A stretch of DNA of 64,000 bases from Octopus bimaculoides (GCF_001194135.2 NC_068990.1:13076040-13140039); one strand, 5' to 3'. Shown: positions 27,040-40,261, numbered from the stretch's first letter. The notes: generated by a model not told the origin, from the sequence alone. Numbers and translations: made by a program.

Positions 27040-28239
27040 TGATGATGATGATGATAATGATGAAAAAAAAAGTATCTAATATGTGTTANNNNNNNNNNGG
27101 TGTCAAAATTCTAGTTTTTTTTTTTTTTTTTGCTTTTTTTTTTTTTACCTTTTCCTTTCCTCATCCTATTTATCTTTATGTGCTTGTCTCCTTCAGGCAA
27201 CGTCTGCATTTTAAGATTGTTTATAATTTGAGTTCTCTGAAATTTACTTTCCTTCCACCCCACCTCACCCCCATCTCCTTATTCACAATCCCCTCCACTT
27301 AATACTATCTCAATTTGTAATTGCCTTCGAAACTGTTGCCATCCCAGTTTTTTTTTTTTCTTCCTTCATCTGTATTCTCCTTTTATTCACGATAATAATA
27401 CATACTTTTTTTTTTTTCATCGTCACTTCTCCTTTCCACATTTTTCCAATTCTATTATTTCCTTCAACATCATCACTGCAATCATGTTACCATCTTCTTC
27501 ATTCTTCATCTATTATGGCAATTTTACTTTTGAATTTTCAATGTGCGGTGAAAGCCAAATCTATGATCTAGTTTCTAAACATATACACGGTTGGACAAGT
27601 TTCTCTTTATCTACATTGTTAATATGGAATTTAAGAAAAGCCATGAACGTTACAGCCTCTCTACTATTTTCCCTCCTCCTGAAATTGTAGGCAGGAAGCC
27701 TATAAATTCAGCTTGGTTGAAATTTTGGAGAGAGATTGAGTTCACCAGACTGACTTCTTTGTCACAATCAATGAAGATGAAAACTTTCTATAGTGACCTG
27801 CTGATAGATATGTTACTTAATATTGATTTTAATTAACATAGGATGGAGTAGTGAGATGACAGAAGTGATTGAACACTAGATTAAATATCTTGTCATCTAT
27901 ATCTATATTTTCATCCATCTACATTCCATAATCAAATTTTACCAATATCAACTCAAATCAACTAGAGAAGCTGCACAATCAGTCAACCAGTTGGAAATAA
28001 TAGCCAAATACCAAAATAATATCACTATGGTATCTACAAATTAGAAGGCCAAACTGGATATTGTAATATGAGTATATAAAAAAAAGATGGGAAGGTCTCA
28101 GTTAGAACAGCTTTTATTAAATTATATATTTGCTTAATCAGACAAAGGTATTTTCCCAATGTACAACATTGTAGAGCTAAGTAAATTCATGGCTGTCCAA
28201 GCATCCAGGCATGTCCTTATTTGGGAGATCCTAGTCTTG

Positions 28240-28505
28240 CAGGCTTGTGGGTACTGATGCCATAGTGCCTGTGCCATGTAAAAGCACTCATGCCAGTGTC
28301 ACATAAAAGCACTTGTGCCAGTGCCTCGTGATGGCACCCAGAACACTTTGTAAAGTGATTGGCATTCGGGAGAGCATCCATTCATAGAAATCAGGCCAAA
28401 ATAGACAAATAGAGCTCAGACAGATCTCCAGCTGGCCAACTCTTATCAAACCATCCAAACATGCCAGCATGGAGAACGGACATTAAAAGATGACGATGTT
28501 GATGA
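28240..28505 (+). mobile_element. Older RTE-type 3' UTR copy
   Basis: Degenerate gtgcc..taaaagcac units and the tail ccaaacatgccagcatggagaacggacattaaaagatgacgatg. Confidence 0.6.
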
Positions 28506-30545
28506 TGTGGAGCTGGCTGTGTGTGTGTGTGTGTGTGTGTTCCTAATTCTTCTCACAAAGTATTAGTCAACCAAAAGCTATAGTCAAAAACACTTGTCCA
28601 AGGTTTCGTGCTTTGAGAGATCAAACTTATAACCATGTGGCTGCAACAAGCAACTCATCTTTATTTTTGTCTATTAGGAGAAAGATCTAGAAAAATGTTT
28701 AGTATAGACTTAATCAAGTTTTGTACGACTGAAAGGGAAGCGATATCTATCCTTTTACGATTTTTATACAAAATCTATAACAACAGTATTTAGATCTGTA
28801 TGAAATTCAATACTTTTCAATAATGCTTATCATATTGTTGACGTTTAGGTTTTGGTCAATCCTGATGAGACAAACTTATGATCAAAGCCATACCAGCCAT
28901 GACTATTCAATCTTGTTTGCAGAAATTGCATACTTTGGACTACATTATCAAATGTGTTTGTCTAATTTTGCCTCAAGATGATAGAGTGGGGTATGAGGGA
29001 GATTTTGTTGCACTTTCAAGCAGATCAAGCAACCTTGTAGGTGACTCCCACATTGACTCATGTATTTAATATGTATACAAGAATGTGATGGTGTGACAGA
29101 AATGGCATAGTATCAAACTGTCTTTCATTTCTATTCTTTCATGTTAAGAGTTCAGTTTCAATTTTGATCTTTACAAGGTCAATAATGAGAGTGTTAAACT
29201 ACACAGTTCTTATCCATTAATGAAACTTATATTTCTCAAGCCATTTAAGAACTATCCATATTCACAGTTAGAATAGACTTTGCTGATGAGGTATAATAAG
29301 ATACAAATATGTCTGGAGTTCTCACTACACGGCTGAAGATAAAACACATAAAAATTTCAAAGTTTTCTTTCCTGCCTTCTTTAACCAAGTTTTTTTTTTT
29401 TTTTTAGTAATATAGTTAATGATTGTTCTCATTAATAAGACTGTAATTTTAATTAATTAAAATTTCTTGGCCAACTACCTCAAGTGTGCTAGTGTCTGCT
29501 TTACTATTATGAGTATTAGTCATGTGCTGTGATAGATTCAGTCAATTATATTCTGCCCCTACAAATTTCTGGCTCACTGCCAACCTAAGATATCAATATT
29601 TGATATGAATGTATGTAGTACAATATTCTGTTTCTTGATAGTTTACTTCAAATTCTTTAATGTATGCATTCATTTCTTTCTTGGTATATTACTATTCAGA
29701 CATATTTCTGTATTTTCTTGTCGATGCCAAAACATCCATACATAAAGCAGTAAATGTATTCTGGGAAATTAATGTCATCAATTAGTTTTGAAATAAATTC
29801 CTGTAAAATTCACTTTTCATTAATTATGCAAATAATTTAGTAGAAATCTCGCATTAAATTTTTTTTCTCTCTCCTTTTTATCTCAGAATATGCCAGCTGC
29901 TTTTTCATAAATGCTTTTAAAAATATCAAGTTAAATTCTAGGAAGAAAATTAAAGAAAACTCTAAATAGAAAAATGCTAAAATCATTTTCTGTCCTCTTA
30001 TAGCAATAATTACATTATTTTCTGTCATTTTATTACTTTTATCATGAAGAAACTTTTAGGATATAAGCAGACTGTCTTACATAGTTCTTCATAGTACATC
30101 TACAAAGCAGTATCAATGCTCTGCTCCACACAGAAACTGCAGGAGCTAATCAGAAGTATAGCAAGCTTTCCTGGTGAATCCATCACAATGTCAGAAACTC
30201 TACTTTATCAGCAGATATCTCAAGGTCAAAAGCATGTTGCCCCTTAGCCTGTATGCTTTATCCGAGGAAAGGTTCCACCTGCAGTCTCTTCTCCACTAGT
30301 TCCTTCTCCACCTTGAGCTGATTTTAGCTGCCATACCTATTTCCATGGTAACTTTCTTCAGTTGCCAGAATTATTGATCAATCTTCTGCAGTAAATAGCA
30401 TCCAATCTACCAGGAACACCACCGATATTTGAAAGAGATGTAAATGTTTGTGTCCCTTTAGAGGCCATTAAAGACTAGTGATCAGTACTGGGTTTTATTG
30501 TTGTTGTTATTGTTTGTCACAGATAGATAGACAGATAGATAGATA

Positions 30546-30777
30546 GGCGGTGAGCTAGCAGAAACATTAGCACGCCGGACGAAATGCTAAGTGGTATTTT
30601 GTCCACCTTTTCGTTCTGAGTTCAAATTCCACCGAGGTTGACTTTGCCTTTCATCATTTTGGGGTCGATAAATTAAGTACCAGTTACGCACTGGGGTGGA
30701 TGTAATCGACTTAATCCCTTTGTCTGTCCTTGTTTGTCTCCTCTATGTTTAGCCCCTTGTTGGCAATAAACAAATAA
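30546..30777 (+). mobile_element. SINE family B, near full length, inserted in a (GATA)n tract
   Basis: A-box-like tagcagaaacattag, B-box-like gagttcaaattcc and central gcctttcatcattttggggtcgataaattaagtaccag. (GATA)n on both sides. Confidence 0.9.
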
Positions 30778-31441
30778 GATAGATAGATAGATAAATAGAT
30801 AGATAGATAGATAGATAGATAGTAGTGAAGAAGAGCAAAATAACTAATGTTGAAGAAAATTACATAAGATGTTGTTTGTATTTCCTTATCCTCTGGTTAC
30901 AGCTCTTAATGTCCAGATTAACTTTGTTTTTCTTCCTCATAAAGCTGATAAATAAGTAAGAGACAAGCCCAATAAACCAAAAGCTTGTCAGGGCACTAAT
31001 CTCTCATATTAATCTCTACTGAATTTATTACAGTATCTGGCAGATAATCAGCTTCTTGCTCTACCTACTTAAGGAGTTAAACTCTATAACACGAGCAAGT
31101 AAATTGGTTCATCAATTCCACAGTTTATCTCAATATGTAGGCTTTACTCTCCTTATTTAATGCTAAGTAGCTCGAGTTATCGCCACTTGAATATTACATT
31201 TGGCCACTGTGATCCTTCACATCATCTGTGACACAATCATCTGTCAACTCTTATCGCTCAATTTTATTACAGTTTGACCCTCTACAATTTATACATATTT
31301 ATATTAAAGTATGCCTCAAAAACAAAAAAGATACAGAAAAAAAAGAAAAAAAACAGAACAAACTTTGTTTGTTTACTTTCATCATAAAGTCTTATGAAGC
31401 TAAATTTATAAGTTCTAAAATTGCAGAAGAATTCGTTGCTG

Positions 31442-31513
31442 GGCAGTTTAGTTCAATGGTAAAACACTTGATGCGTAATCACAGAGATGTGAGTTCAAGT
31501 TTCATGGCTGGCC
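31442..31513 (+). pseudogene. Decayed tRNA-like cloverleaf (CGT anticodon, Thr-like) or isolated SINE head
   Basis: TA-GTTC-AATGGT-AAAAC D arm, CTTGA-TGCGTAA-TCACAG anticodon arm, GTGAG-TTCAAGT-TTCAT T arm, acceptor 6/7 paired. Several conserved positions are mutated. Confidence 0.45.
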
Positions 31514-31663
31514 AGTAACGTATTTTTCTGCAATAAATGGATAATTTATCCTGATCTCGCTATTTATAGTATTATCACGCTTTGAGAAATAAATTTATTT
31601 CTGTATCTTAGACATAATAATGTTTCATACAAGTTTTGAGTGACATCAAACTGGACTATATAC

Positions 31664-31895
31664 TATTGGGCTGTCCGGAAAGTTTGTGCCAATTTATAGT
31701 AGCTTCCCTTTCGACTTATTTGCCATGAAAACACCTCAGTTCTGGGAAGAGGGTATTTTCACGTTAAAAGAAAGATGGAGACGCATTGAGTCACAAAATG
31801 GTTCATATTTGGTTGATTAAAAATGTAATGGCAAGTATTTATTGACATTTTTCTTTCCTTTAAAAATCAGCATGAACTTTCCAGACACCCCAATA
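31664..31895. mobile_element. mariner-type MITE
   Basis: 32-nt terminal inverted repeats including TA (tattgggctgtccggaaagtttgtgccaattt vs reverse complement tattggggtgtctggaaagttcatgctgattt), 26/32 identical. Confidence 0.8.
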
Positions 31896-31914
31896 AAAAT
31901 GATAATAAATGTAG

Positions 31915-32490
31915 GTGTGATGTGGTTGCTTGGTAAGAATCTTGTTTCTCAACCACATGGTTCCAGGTTCAGTCCTACTGTGTGACACATCAGGCAACTG
32001 CCTTCTACATCAGCCTCAAGCTAACCAAAACCTTGTGAGTGGATTTGGTAGATGGAAAGTGAAAGAAGCCAGTCACGTATATACAGTTGTGGTCAAAAGT
32101 TTAGAATATTCCCTTAAAAATCAAAATTGTTATGCCCAATATATGTTCTGGCCAAATATAACTTTGGGCATTTAATGTTAGAATTCTAATTTTCAGACCT
32201 ATGTTCCAAACTTTTGGCCATGACTGTACATAAAGATAGATATAGATTTATACATATGTATATATATGTCTATATGCATTTGTGCTTTTCCCCGCCACGA
32301 CTGTTGGTTTGTTTACAACCAGTGTTAGTTTGTTGGCATCTCCATAATTTAGGAATTTAGCAAAAGAGCTCAATACAATAAGTACCAAGCTTTGAAACAA
32401 ATGTCTTGGAGTAGACTTTTTTCAACTAAATCTTTAAGGCAGTGCCCAGCATGACCACAATCCAATGACTGAAACAAGTAAACAATAAAA
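31915..32490 (+). mobile_element. SINE family A interrupted by a Tc1-type MITE
   Basis: Left monomer 31915-32080. The right monomer resumes after about 32290. Confidence 0.75.
32082..32228. mobile_element. Tc1-type MITE nested in the SINE linker
   Basis: TA-cagttgtggtcaaaagtttagaa ... ttccaaacttttggccatgactg-TA. TIRs 19/23 identical, with TA duplication. Confidence 0.8.
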
Positions 32491-33046
32491 TTAAGCATAA
32501 TAAAAAACAATGAAAAAATAGATACCAAGTGGTCACCTGACTGTAACCTTCCTCAGCAAATATTTGTTTTGGGTTTAGGCAAGCTGTTATGATGTACACA
32601 TATGACTGTATATATTAAGAAATGTTTCTGTGAATCCTCATTTAAATGAATAGCTAGGTAGAAGGAAAGCTATTTAATGATGAACTAGAATAGAAATGCT
32701 TTATTTCTGCAAACAGTTTGTCAAGTATAATAGATTTTAAATATATTGCATTCTACACAGTTTCAATTAAACAGAAATGAGAAAAAGCGAAAAATTGCTC
32801 AATGTTATCTGAGTTCTGGAAATCAAATATATCTTTAAGTGAAATTAATAAAGGTTTATATATAGTTATATATATATTCTTTATACAAGTTTGTGACTAT
32901 ACACTTATCATCAATCTATCTATCTAACTATCTATCTATCCATCTATCTATCAATCTATCTATATATGTGTGTGTGTGTGTGTGTGTATACATATATACA
33001 TACATATATATATGTATGTATGTGTATTTATATGTGTGGAGGTGTG

Positions 33047-33084
<38 letters not shown>

Positions 33085-34147
33085 CATNNNNNNNNNNNNN
33101 NNNNNNNNNNNNNNNNNNNNNNNNNNNNNNNNNNNNNNNNNNNNNNNNNNNNNNNNNNNNNNNNNNNNNNNNNNNNNNNNNNNNNNNNNNNNNNNNNNNN
33201 NNNNNNNNNNNNNNNNNNNNNNNNNNNNNNNNNNNNNNNNNNNNNNNNNNNNNNNNNNNNNNNNNNNNNNNNNNNNNNNNNNNNNNNNNNNNNNNNNNNN
33301 NNNNNNNNNNNNNNNNNNNNNNNNNNNNNNNNNNNNNNNNNNNNNNNNNNNNNNNNNNNNNNNNNNNNNNNNNNNNNNNNNNNNNNNNNNNNNNNNNNNT
33401 ATGTATATTCTGTGAACTATTAGATGAAGTTCTTATTACTATTGAGAGACCTTATTGTATTGCTACTATTGGAAACTTTCAGATGATCCGTAGCATTGCT
33501 TAATGTTTAAAGAATTATAATAGCCAGAGGACAATGAAGCATAATGCCTAAAGTTCTATTGATTTACTTTGCACACAGCTATTGAGAAAATGCATAAGGT
33601 GCAGTGAGATTAAAATATAAAGGAGTGGGTGGGAGTAGATCACATAAAGTACAAAATTTTATTTTATTTTATTTTAAAATTTTTTTTGGTGGTGGGAGTT
33701 TTTTTTATGTATATTAAAATCCATTGTTAATGTACATTTTTTTTTGCCTCTCTATGTGAATGGAATGACATTCCAAGAATATTCTCTGTCTAATGCTTCA
33801 CCAATAAAGAAAATATTTAGCAAAATGCATCATGCATGCAAATAACAAGTAGTCCTTTTTTTTTACTTTATATTTTTATTTATTTTTGTTATAACTAAGA
33901 GAATTCAAAATGTGCAAAGGAATTTATATATTTGATGTAAGTTTTTTTTGTTTTTTTTTTTGTTTTACGAGATTATTGATATTGCACTCCTTATTTTTTT
34001 TTTTTTTGCTCTACCTTTCTAGAGTGAAATATTCACCATGGTCTTCTATTCTTCTTGAAATAATTAAAAATTATTTAGACAAAGACTAATATATTTTTTC
34101 ATTTTGCCATGGTACATTATTATTTCTAGTTAGTGTTTCTGATGTAG

Positions 34148-34560
34148 GCGCATGGTCTAGTGGCTGTGTGATAAGAAGCTTGCTTCCCAACCACATGGTT
34201 CTGGGTTCAGTCCCAATGCTGGGCACCCTGGGCAAGTGTCTTGTACTAAAGCCTCAGGCTGACCAAAGCCTTGTAAGTAGCTTTGGTATGTGGAAACTGA
34301 GAGAAGCTCATCGTACATGTGTGTGTGTGGTGTGGGAGGGGATATGTATGTATATGTGTGTCTATGTTTGTCTATCCACCATTGCTTGACAACTGATGTT
34401 GGTGTGTTTACGTCCCTGTAACTTAGCAGTTTGGCAAAAGAGACTGATAGAAAAAGTATTAGGCTTACAAAGAATAAATCCTGAGGTTAATTTAGTCAAC
34501 TAAAGATGGTGCTCCAGCATGGCCACAGTCAAATGACTGAAACAAGTATAGGAATAAAAG
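34148..34560 (+). mobile_element. SINE family A, full length
   Basis: All modules present. Confidence 0.85.
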
Positions 34561-35147
34561 AATTTATATATATATATANNNNNNNNNNNNNNNNNNNNNN
34601 NNNNNNNNNNNNNNNNNNNNNNNNNNNNNNNNNNNNNNNNNNNNNNNNNNNNNNNNNNNNNNNNNNNNNNNNNNNNNNNNNNNNNNNNNNNNNNNNNNNN
34701 NNNNNNNNNNNNNNNNNNNNNNNNNNNNNNNNNNNNNNNNNNNNNNNNNNNNNNNNNNNNNNNNNNNNNNNNNNNNNNNNNNNNNNNNNNNNNNNNNNNN
34801 NNNNNNNNNNNNNNNNNNNNNNNNNNNNNNNNNNNNNNNNNNNNNNNNNNNNNNNNNNNNNNNNNNNNNNNNNNNNNNNNNNNNNNNNNNNNNNNNNNNN
34901 NNNNNNNNNNNNNNNNNNNNNNNNNNNNNNNNNNNNNNNNNNNNNNNNNNNNNNNNNNNNNNNNNNNNNNNNNNNNNNNNNNNNNNNNNNNNNNNNNNNN
35001 NNNNNNNNNNNNNNNNNNNNNNNNNNNNNNNNNNNNNNNNNNNNNNNNNNNNNNNNNNNNNNNNNNNNNNNNNNNNNNNNNNNNNNNNNNNNNNNNNNNN
35101 NNNNNNNNNNNNNNNNNNNNNNNNNNNNNNNNNNNNNNNNNNNNNNN

Positions 35148-35447
35148 GGATTTGGTAGACGGAAACTGAAAGAAGCCCGTCGTATATATGTATATATATA
35201 TATGTATATGTGTGTGCGTTTGTGTGTCTGTGTTTGTCCCCCCCCCTCCAACATCGCTTGACAACCGATGCTGGTGTGTTTATGTCCCCGTCACTTAGCG
35301 GTTCGGCAATACAGACTGATAGAATAAGTACTAGGCTTACAAAGAATAAGTCCCGGGGTCGATCTGCTCCCCTAAAGGCGGTGCTCCAGCATGGCCGCAG
35401 TCCAACAACTGAAACAAATAAAAGAGTAAAGAGTAAAGAGTAAAGAG
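35148..35447 (+). mobile_element. SINE family A, young copy with its 5' end in a gap and a (AAGAGTA)n tail
   Basis: CpG-rich and close to the 56245 copy. Confidence 0.85.
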
Positions 35448-35483
35448 TATATATATATATATATGTATGTATTTGTGTGTATG

Positions 35484-35516
<33 letters not shown>

Positions 35517-35658
35517 TTGTGTGTATATATATAAATACATAAAATAAAACATACATATTTGAACATGCACTGATACCAAATATTGCAAATATACACATAA
35601 ACATGCACAAATACCTTGTTGATGTCATTGAAATTCCAATGAAGGAGTCTTGGATCTG

Positions 35659-37029
35659 GATAGAAACCATCTCCTTCTCAACTGGTAAGAAATCTTGAAA
35701 TAAAACGGAAGAATGACATACAAACGTATATGATGGGCTTCTTTCAAACAAATCTACTAAAATGGATCTGGTTCGCTCAGGGCCATAGCAGAGTATTATT
35801 TGAGGGTAATTGGTTGCTACTTCTTGGATGTAGAATGACCACATAGAAGTCTTTTTATTGGCTTGCATCTATTCCTACTAGTTTTACATTAGGGTTTTAA
35901 CTAAAGTGCTCGGATCGTTATATAACTAGAGATATTTTGGATGGATTTAATTACAGTTTCTGACATTTCATAACACAATTTATTGACTGAAATGAAGGAA
36001 AAGTTTTCACATTCGTTTTATGGATTTGTTAATTTCCTTCTCCTCTTCTTCCTCCTTCTCATCTTCATCAACATCATCATCCTCCTCTCTTTTCCTTTTT
36101 CCTTATGTTGATGTGGTTTTAATTTTAATTTTTATTTTTTTTTTGTACTTAGATTAGAACTATAAATTATATTATAGCACCACAATCTATATTTTGTCGA
36201 ATTTAATTAACTCTTATCACTTCTCTTCTGATATTAGTTAGTTTCAGAAATATTGTCCATAATATTTCAGAAAACCAGCAATTAAAAGTATTAATTATAC
36301 CTTAATTTCTCCTGTTGCAGTTGGTTCCTATGATGAAACTAATTTATTACTCTGAACTGATAAGGGACATAATATGTTGTTACTTATTCTGCTAGAAATA
36401 GTAGCCATGTCATATTCAAACCACACCATGCCTTCTTGAGCGGTAAAATGTCTATTAGGTATTGTAACCATGCACTCTCTCAAAAATATTGGATGGTCAC
36501 AACAGGAGTGTCTTTGGTGACATATCTTATTCATCAGGCTTTTACTGGTTTCAGTCATTCAGGTACTGGACTGTGGCCATGCTGGAACACTGCGGTGTAA
36601 TGTTTAGTTCATCAAATCGATCTTCGTTTTTGTGTTTTGAAGTCTAGTACTCACATTCTATTGGAATCTATTTTGCCAAACTTCTAAGCTACAGGAGCAT
36701 AAACAAACACCAGTTGTCATGTGGTGTTACAGAATGACAAAATATGGACAGAGACGAACAGACATTCACACATATATACATATGCATATGTAAACATCCA
36801 CATACACACACATGTAAAATATACATACTTAAATACTTGTGTCTTGCAAACAAGACATATGCATTTATAAGTCAACATAAAACAAAGAGTAATATGTTTA
36901 TATATATATNNNNNNNNNNTGTATGTATGTATGTATGTATGTATGTATGTATACATGTATATACATATATGTAATTCTTCAGTTTTATTTCAAGATTTCT
37001 TACCAGTTGAGAAGGAGATGGTTTCTATC
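35659..37029. repeat. Perfect 48-bp inverted repeat pair (35659-35706 / 36982-37029)
   Basis: gatagaaaccatctccttctcaactggtaagaaatcttgaaataaaac and its exact reverse complement. Confidence 0.9.
36540..36740 (-). mobile_element. SINE family A right monomer, degenerate (similar solo halves at about 55380-55640 + and 57200-57390 -)
   Basis: tttactggtttcagtcatt...gccatgctggaacac...ctagtactcacattctattgg. Confidence 0.7.
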
Positions 37030-37124
37030 ACTTATAAATAACAACAATTTTACATTAATCCAATGGATTACTCTATACTTTTCTGGAGTACAAATTTATT
37101 TTTGTTATACAAAAATATTCTTAA

Positions 37125-37167
37125 CAGTGGCTTTCAAGTTTCGGCCAGGTAAGCCATCATCAGACTG
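37125..37167 (-). ncRNA. Type I hammerhead motif, probably inactivated (GCC triplet)
   Basis: Minus strand reads CAGT CTGATGA T GGC ttacctg GCC GAAAC ttgaaa GCC ACTG. Stem I CAGT/ACTG, stem II GGC/GCC. U16.1 is replaced by C. Confidence 0.55.
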
Positions 37168-37601
37168 CTGTGCATATCAATATATATATTTGTGTGGGTG
37201 TGTGTGTGTATGTATGTATTTGTGTGTATATATGTCTATGTATGTGGATATATATGTATGTGTTCATGTGTATATATACACACATGAGTAAGCATATAAA
37301 TTTAAAACAAGGTGGAAGAAAATTGTACTCGAATACCGGAGGTAGTGTAATATGCTTTTTATTATTATTAAAGCTGAAAAAACATCAGAAAATAAATGCT
37401 CCTCAGAGTTTCACGTTCCTGTTTGTTGGGAACTTGTGGTCAAGAATAGAATAAGATTTTATTCCATTCTTGATCACAACTGTCTAATGAACAGGAATAT
37501 GAAACTCTGAGTAGCAGTTATTTTGTGATGTTTTCACAGCTTTAATAATAATTCAAAAGCATATATATATGTACATATACATACATATATATACATATAT
37601 A

Positions 37602-37632
<31 letters not shown>

Positions 37633-37767
37633 TATTCATTAGAAATGCATTTCTAATGAATAATACATAGTCTATTGACTGTTTTTACTCTCGCTAGGCC
37701 ACTGGTGGTAAATAAAATTTCTAAAATTTTCTTTGCCACCCTATAATTTATTAATAATGATATTATT

Positions 37768-37804
<37 letters not shown>

Positions 37805-38922
37805 CATACATATATACGACTTGCACACACAACAGTTTCTATCTGCTATATTCACTCACAAAGCATTGATTGTTTCAAAGCTGAACCCAAAACAGCATAG
37901 TTTCAAAGCAGATTTCGTAACCGCAAGACTGTTTTTGCTCTCAGGTTCTGTGCAGTTGAACTGAATTCAAATCCACATGTCTTTGAAGTGGACATTTTGA
38001 CCACACAGCCATTGAAATATTTGTATGTAATCTGTTCCCTTCCATACTTAAAGGATAAAGCTTGTTTCTAATTTTGCTACAAAGTTTCCATTGTTGCCCA
38101 CTGTCATCCAAAATAACACAATTTTGAAAGAAATCTATGAAATTGATGATGAATACTCAGAGAGTTAACTGCAACTTTTAAGTAAATTTCTGTCTAATTA
38201 AAACAAGATGAAGATGCGTATACTTACAGTGTAGAAGTTATGAGTTTAGCTAACTCAGTTTACTATGAATAGACTTCTTCGTCGTATTATTTCAAACACA
38301 TTCAATTTAAACATTCACTTGTTTGGTATTTCATCACATATTCTTCTTAACCATTGAGTGTTATCCCAAAAGAGTTCAAGGTTAGCACTAGCAATTAGTA
38401 ACCAAACTTCAGTTCTCTGTAGGTATAACTATATTCATAAGTTTGGACACTGCCAATGTACCTGTCAAATGGTAAAGATTTTTAAAGAAATTGGTTCCTG
38501 AAAGCATATTAATTCTACTATATTTGATATGATGATAGTTCTCTAAGGAAAAGAACAATCCAAGACAATCATCTAAGACAGTGTATACCTCATTAGCAGT
38601 TATTCCATTGTGAATCAAAAAAGTCAACAATGAAAGACACCATTTTTGAATGGTATTCAGTATATTAATCCAATATTATTCAATTGTATACAACTTTTCT
38701 TTCCTATATTTCCTGAAAAGTTCATGTCTTCAACCAAGAACTCAAAAATCTTAAGTTGTGTTCAAGATCATAATTTTTGAATTATTTTGTCAAATTGCAT
38801 AGATTTACACTAAATTATCATTGTATACAAATACCCCCAACTCTTCTGTTGTCACTCTCTGCCCCTGTCTAAGTCTCTCATCTATACATAAATACATATA
38901 TATATATATCTATATATATATT

Positions 38923-38953
<31 letters not shown>

Positions 38954-38959
38954 ATAAAT

Positions 38960-39006
<47 letters not shown>

Positions 39007-39139
39007 NNNNNNNNNNNNNNNNNNNNNNNNNNNNNNNNNNNNNNNNNNNNNNNNNNNNNNNNNNNNNNNNNNNNNNNNNNNNNNNNNNNNNNNNNNNNNN
39101 NNNNNNNNNNNNNNNNNNNNNNNNNNNNNNNNNNNNNNC

Positions 39140-39306
39140 TACACTCTCTGAGTGGTTGGCGTTAGGAAGGGCATCCAGCTGTAGAAACTCTGCCAAATCA
39201 GACTGGAGCCTGGTGTTGCCATCCGGTTTCACCAGTCCTCAGTCAGATCGTCCAACCCATGCTAGCATGGAAAGCGGACGTTAAACGATGATGATGATGA
39301 TGATGA
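39140..39306 (+). mobile_element. RTE-type 3' UTR with (GAT)n tail
   Basis: acactctctgagtggttggcgttaggaagggcatcc...ggaaagcggacgttaaacgatgatgatg. Confidence 0.85.
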
Positions 39307-39899
39307 TACATATATATAATTGAGAGTCTTCACAATTCTTTGCCATCTTTGTCATTACTGAAAATGTGAATAGAAGACATACATGAACCAGGATGAGTGG
39401 TTGAAAATAAGAAAAGAAAGCATGTGTTAGAAGAGGGTAGTGGCCAGATCCACTCTGTCCTACAAGCTGGCACTGAGCTTAGGAAAGATAACAGAAAGAA
39501 ATCAGAAGCATGTGAAACACATGAACTTTGTAAAAAGACCAATGTATGAGATATCAGTGGTCAACTGGCCAATCTGATGTCTGGCAGAAATCAGTGTACC
39601 AACACAAATGTGAATTTCTCATATATTGATCGTGTCTCCAGAAAATCTGACCACTTGGACATCTGATAAACAGGATCTAATTAAACAATTTCCCCTTCAG
39701 TGTACTTTTTCTGATAAGGACATTAGCTATATATTTAGTGCATTTTAGCCTCTAAAGAGCAGAGTACACCAGAGCAGTGTCCATAGCAGTCAAGACAATG
39801 AATGACAATGGTGATGATAGTAACAGCTAAACTACAAAGTTGTGAGAATCAATCCAATCATTTCAGTGGTCTTTAGTATCTTTTTTTTTTTTGTCAAGG

Positions 39900-40261
39900 C
39901 ATTATCCAGTCAGGCTGATTGCCCATTAGTGGTTTAGGTCTTCAACCTGGCATCTAACATCTTCTGCAAGTTGTTGTATATACGTCTTCCATGGTCTTTC
40001 AGCCACTGTGGTACCATGATTTGGTGTCCACTGCAACAAATTACTCACAAGTTCTTCTTTACTTCTCCAATAGTGGCCAGCAAACCTCAATCTCCACTCT
40101 GATGAGAAAGTTGGTACATTCCTATATAACTGTTGTTTTGTTGGGTGCTCCCTCCAAGAGATGTTGAGCACTGCACGTAACATTCTGGTGTAGGCACCGT
40201 CCAGCATGCACCTGAGTCTCTTGGTGAGAGTCCAAGTCGAAAATCCATATACAAGCACCAC
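39900..40261 (-). mobile_element. RTE-clade LINE, RT C-terminal fragment
   Basis: VLVYGFSTWTLTKRLRCMLDGAYTRMLRAVLNISWREHPTKQQLY...RLRFAGHYWR matches the RTE LLYGxExW...RxLRxxLxIxW...RLRWxGH pattern. Confidence 0.85.

Noticed and set aside
27690-27800. Possible mariner transposase fragment (AYKFSLVEIL...INEDENFL)
   Set aside because: The resemblance is short and stop-interrupted, with no following FSDE motif.
29276-29320. Sixth hammerhead candidate (CTGATGA GGTAT aataag ATAC AAAT ATGTC)
   Set aside because: It lacks C11.1 and G12, and stem I is mostly wobble pairs. It could be a very old fossil but is not supportable.
30090-30460. Higher-GC stretch that looked coding
   Set aside because: All frames are interrupted, there is no consistent splice pair and no recognisable homology.
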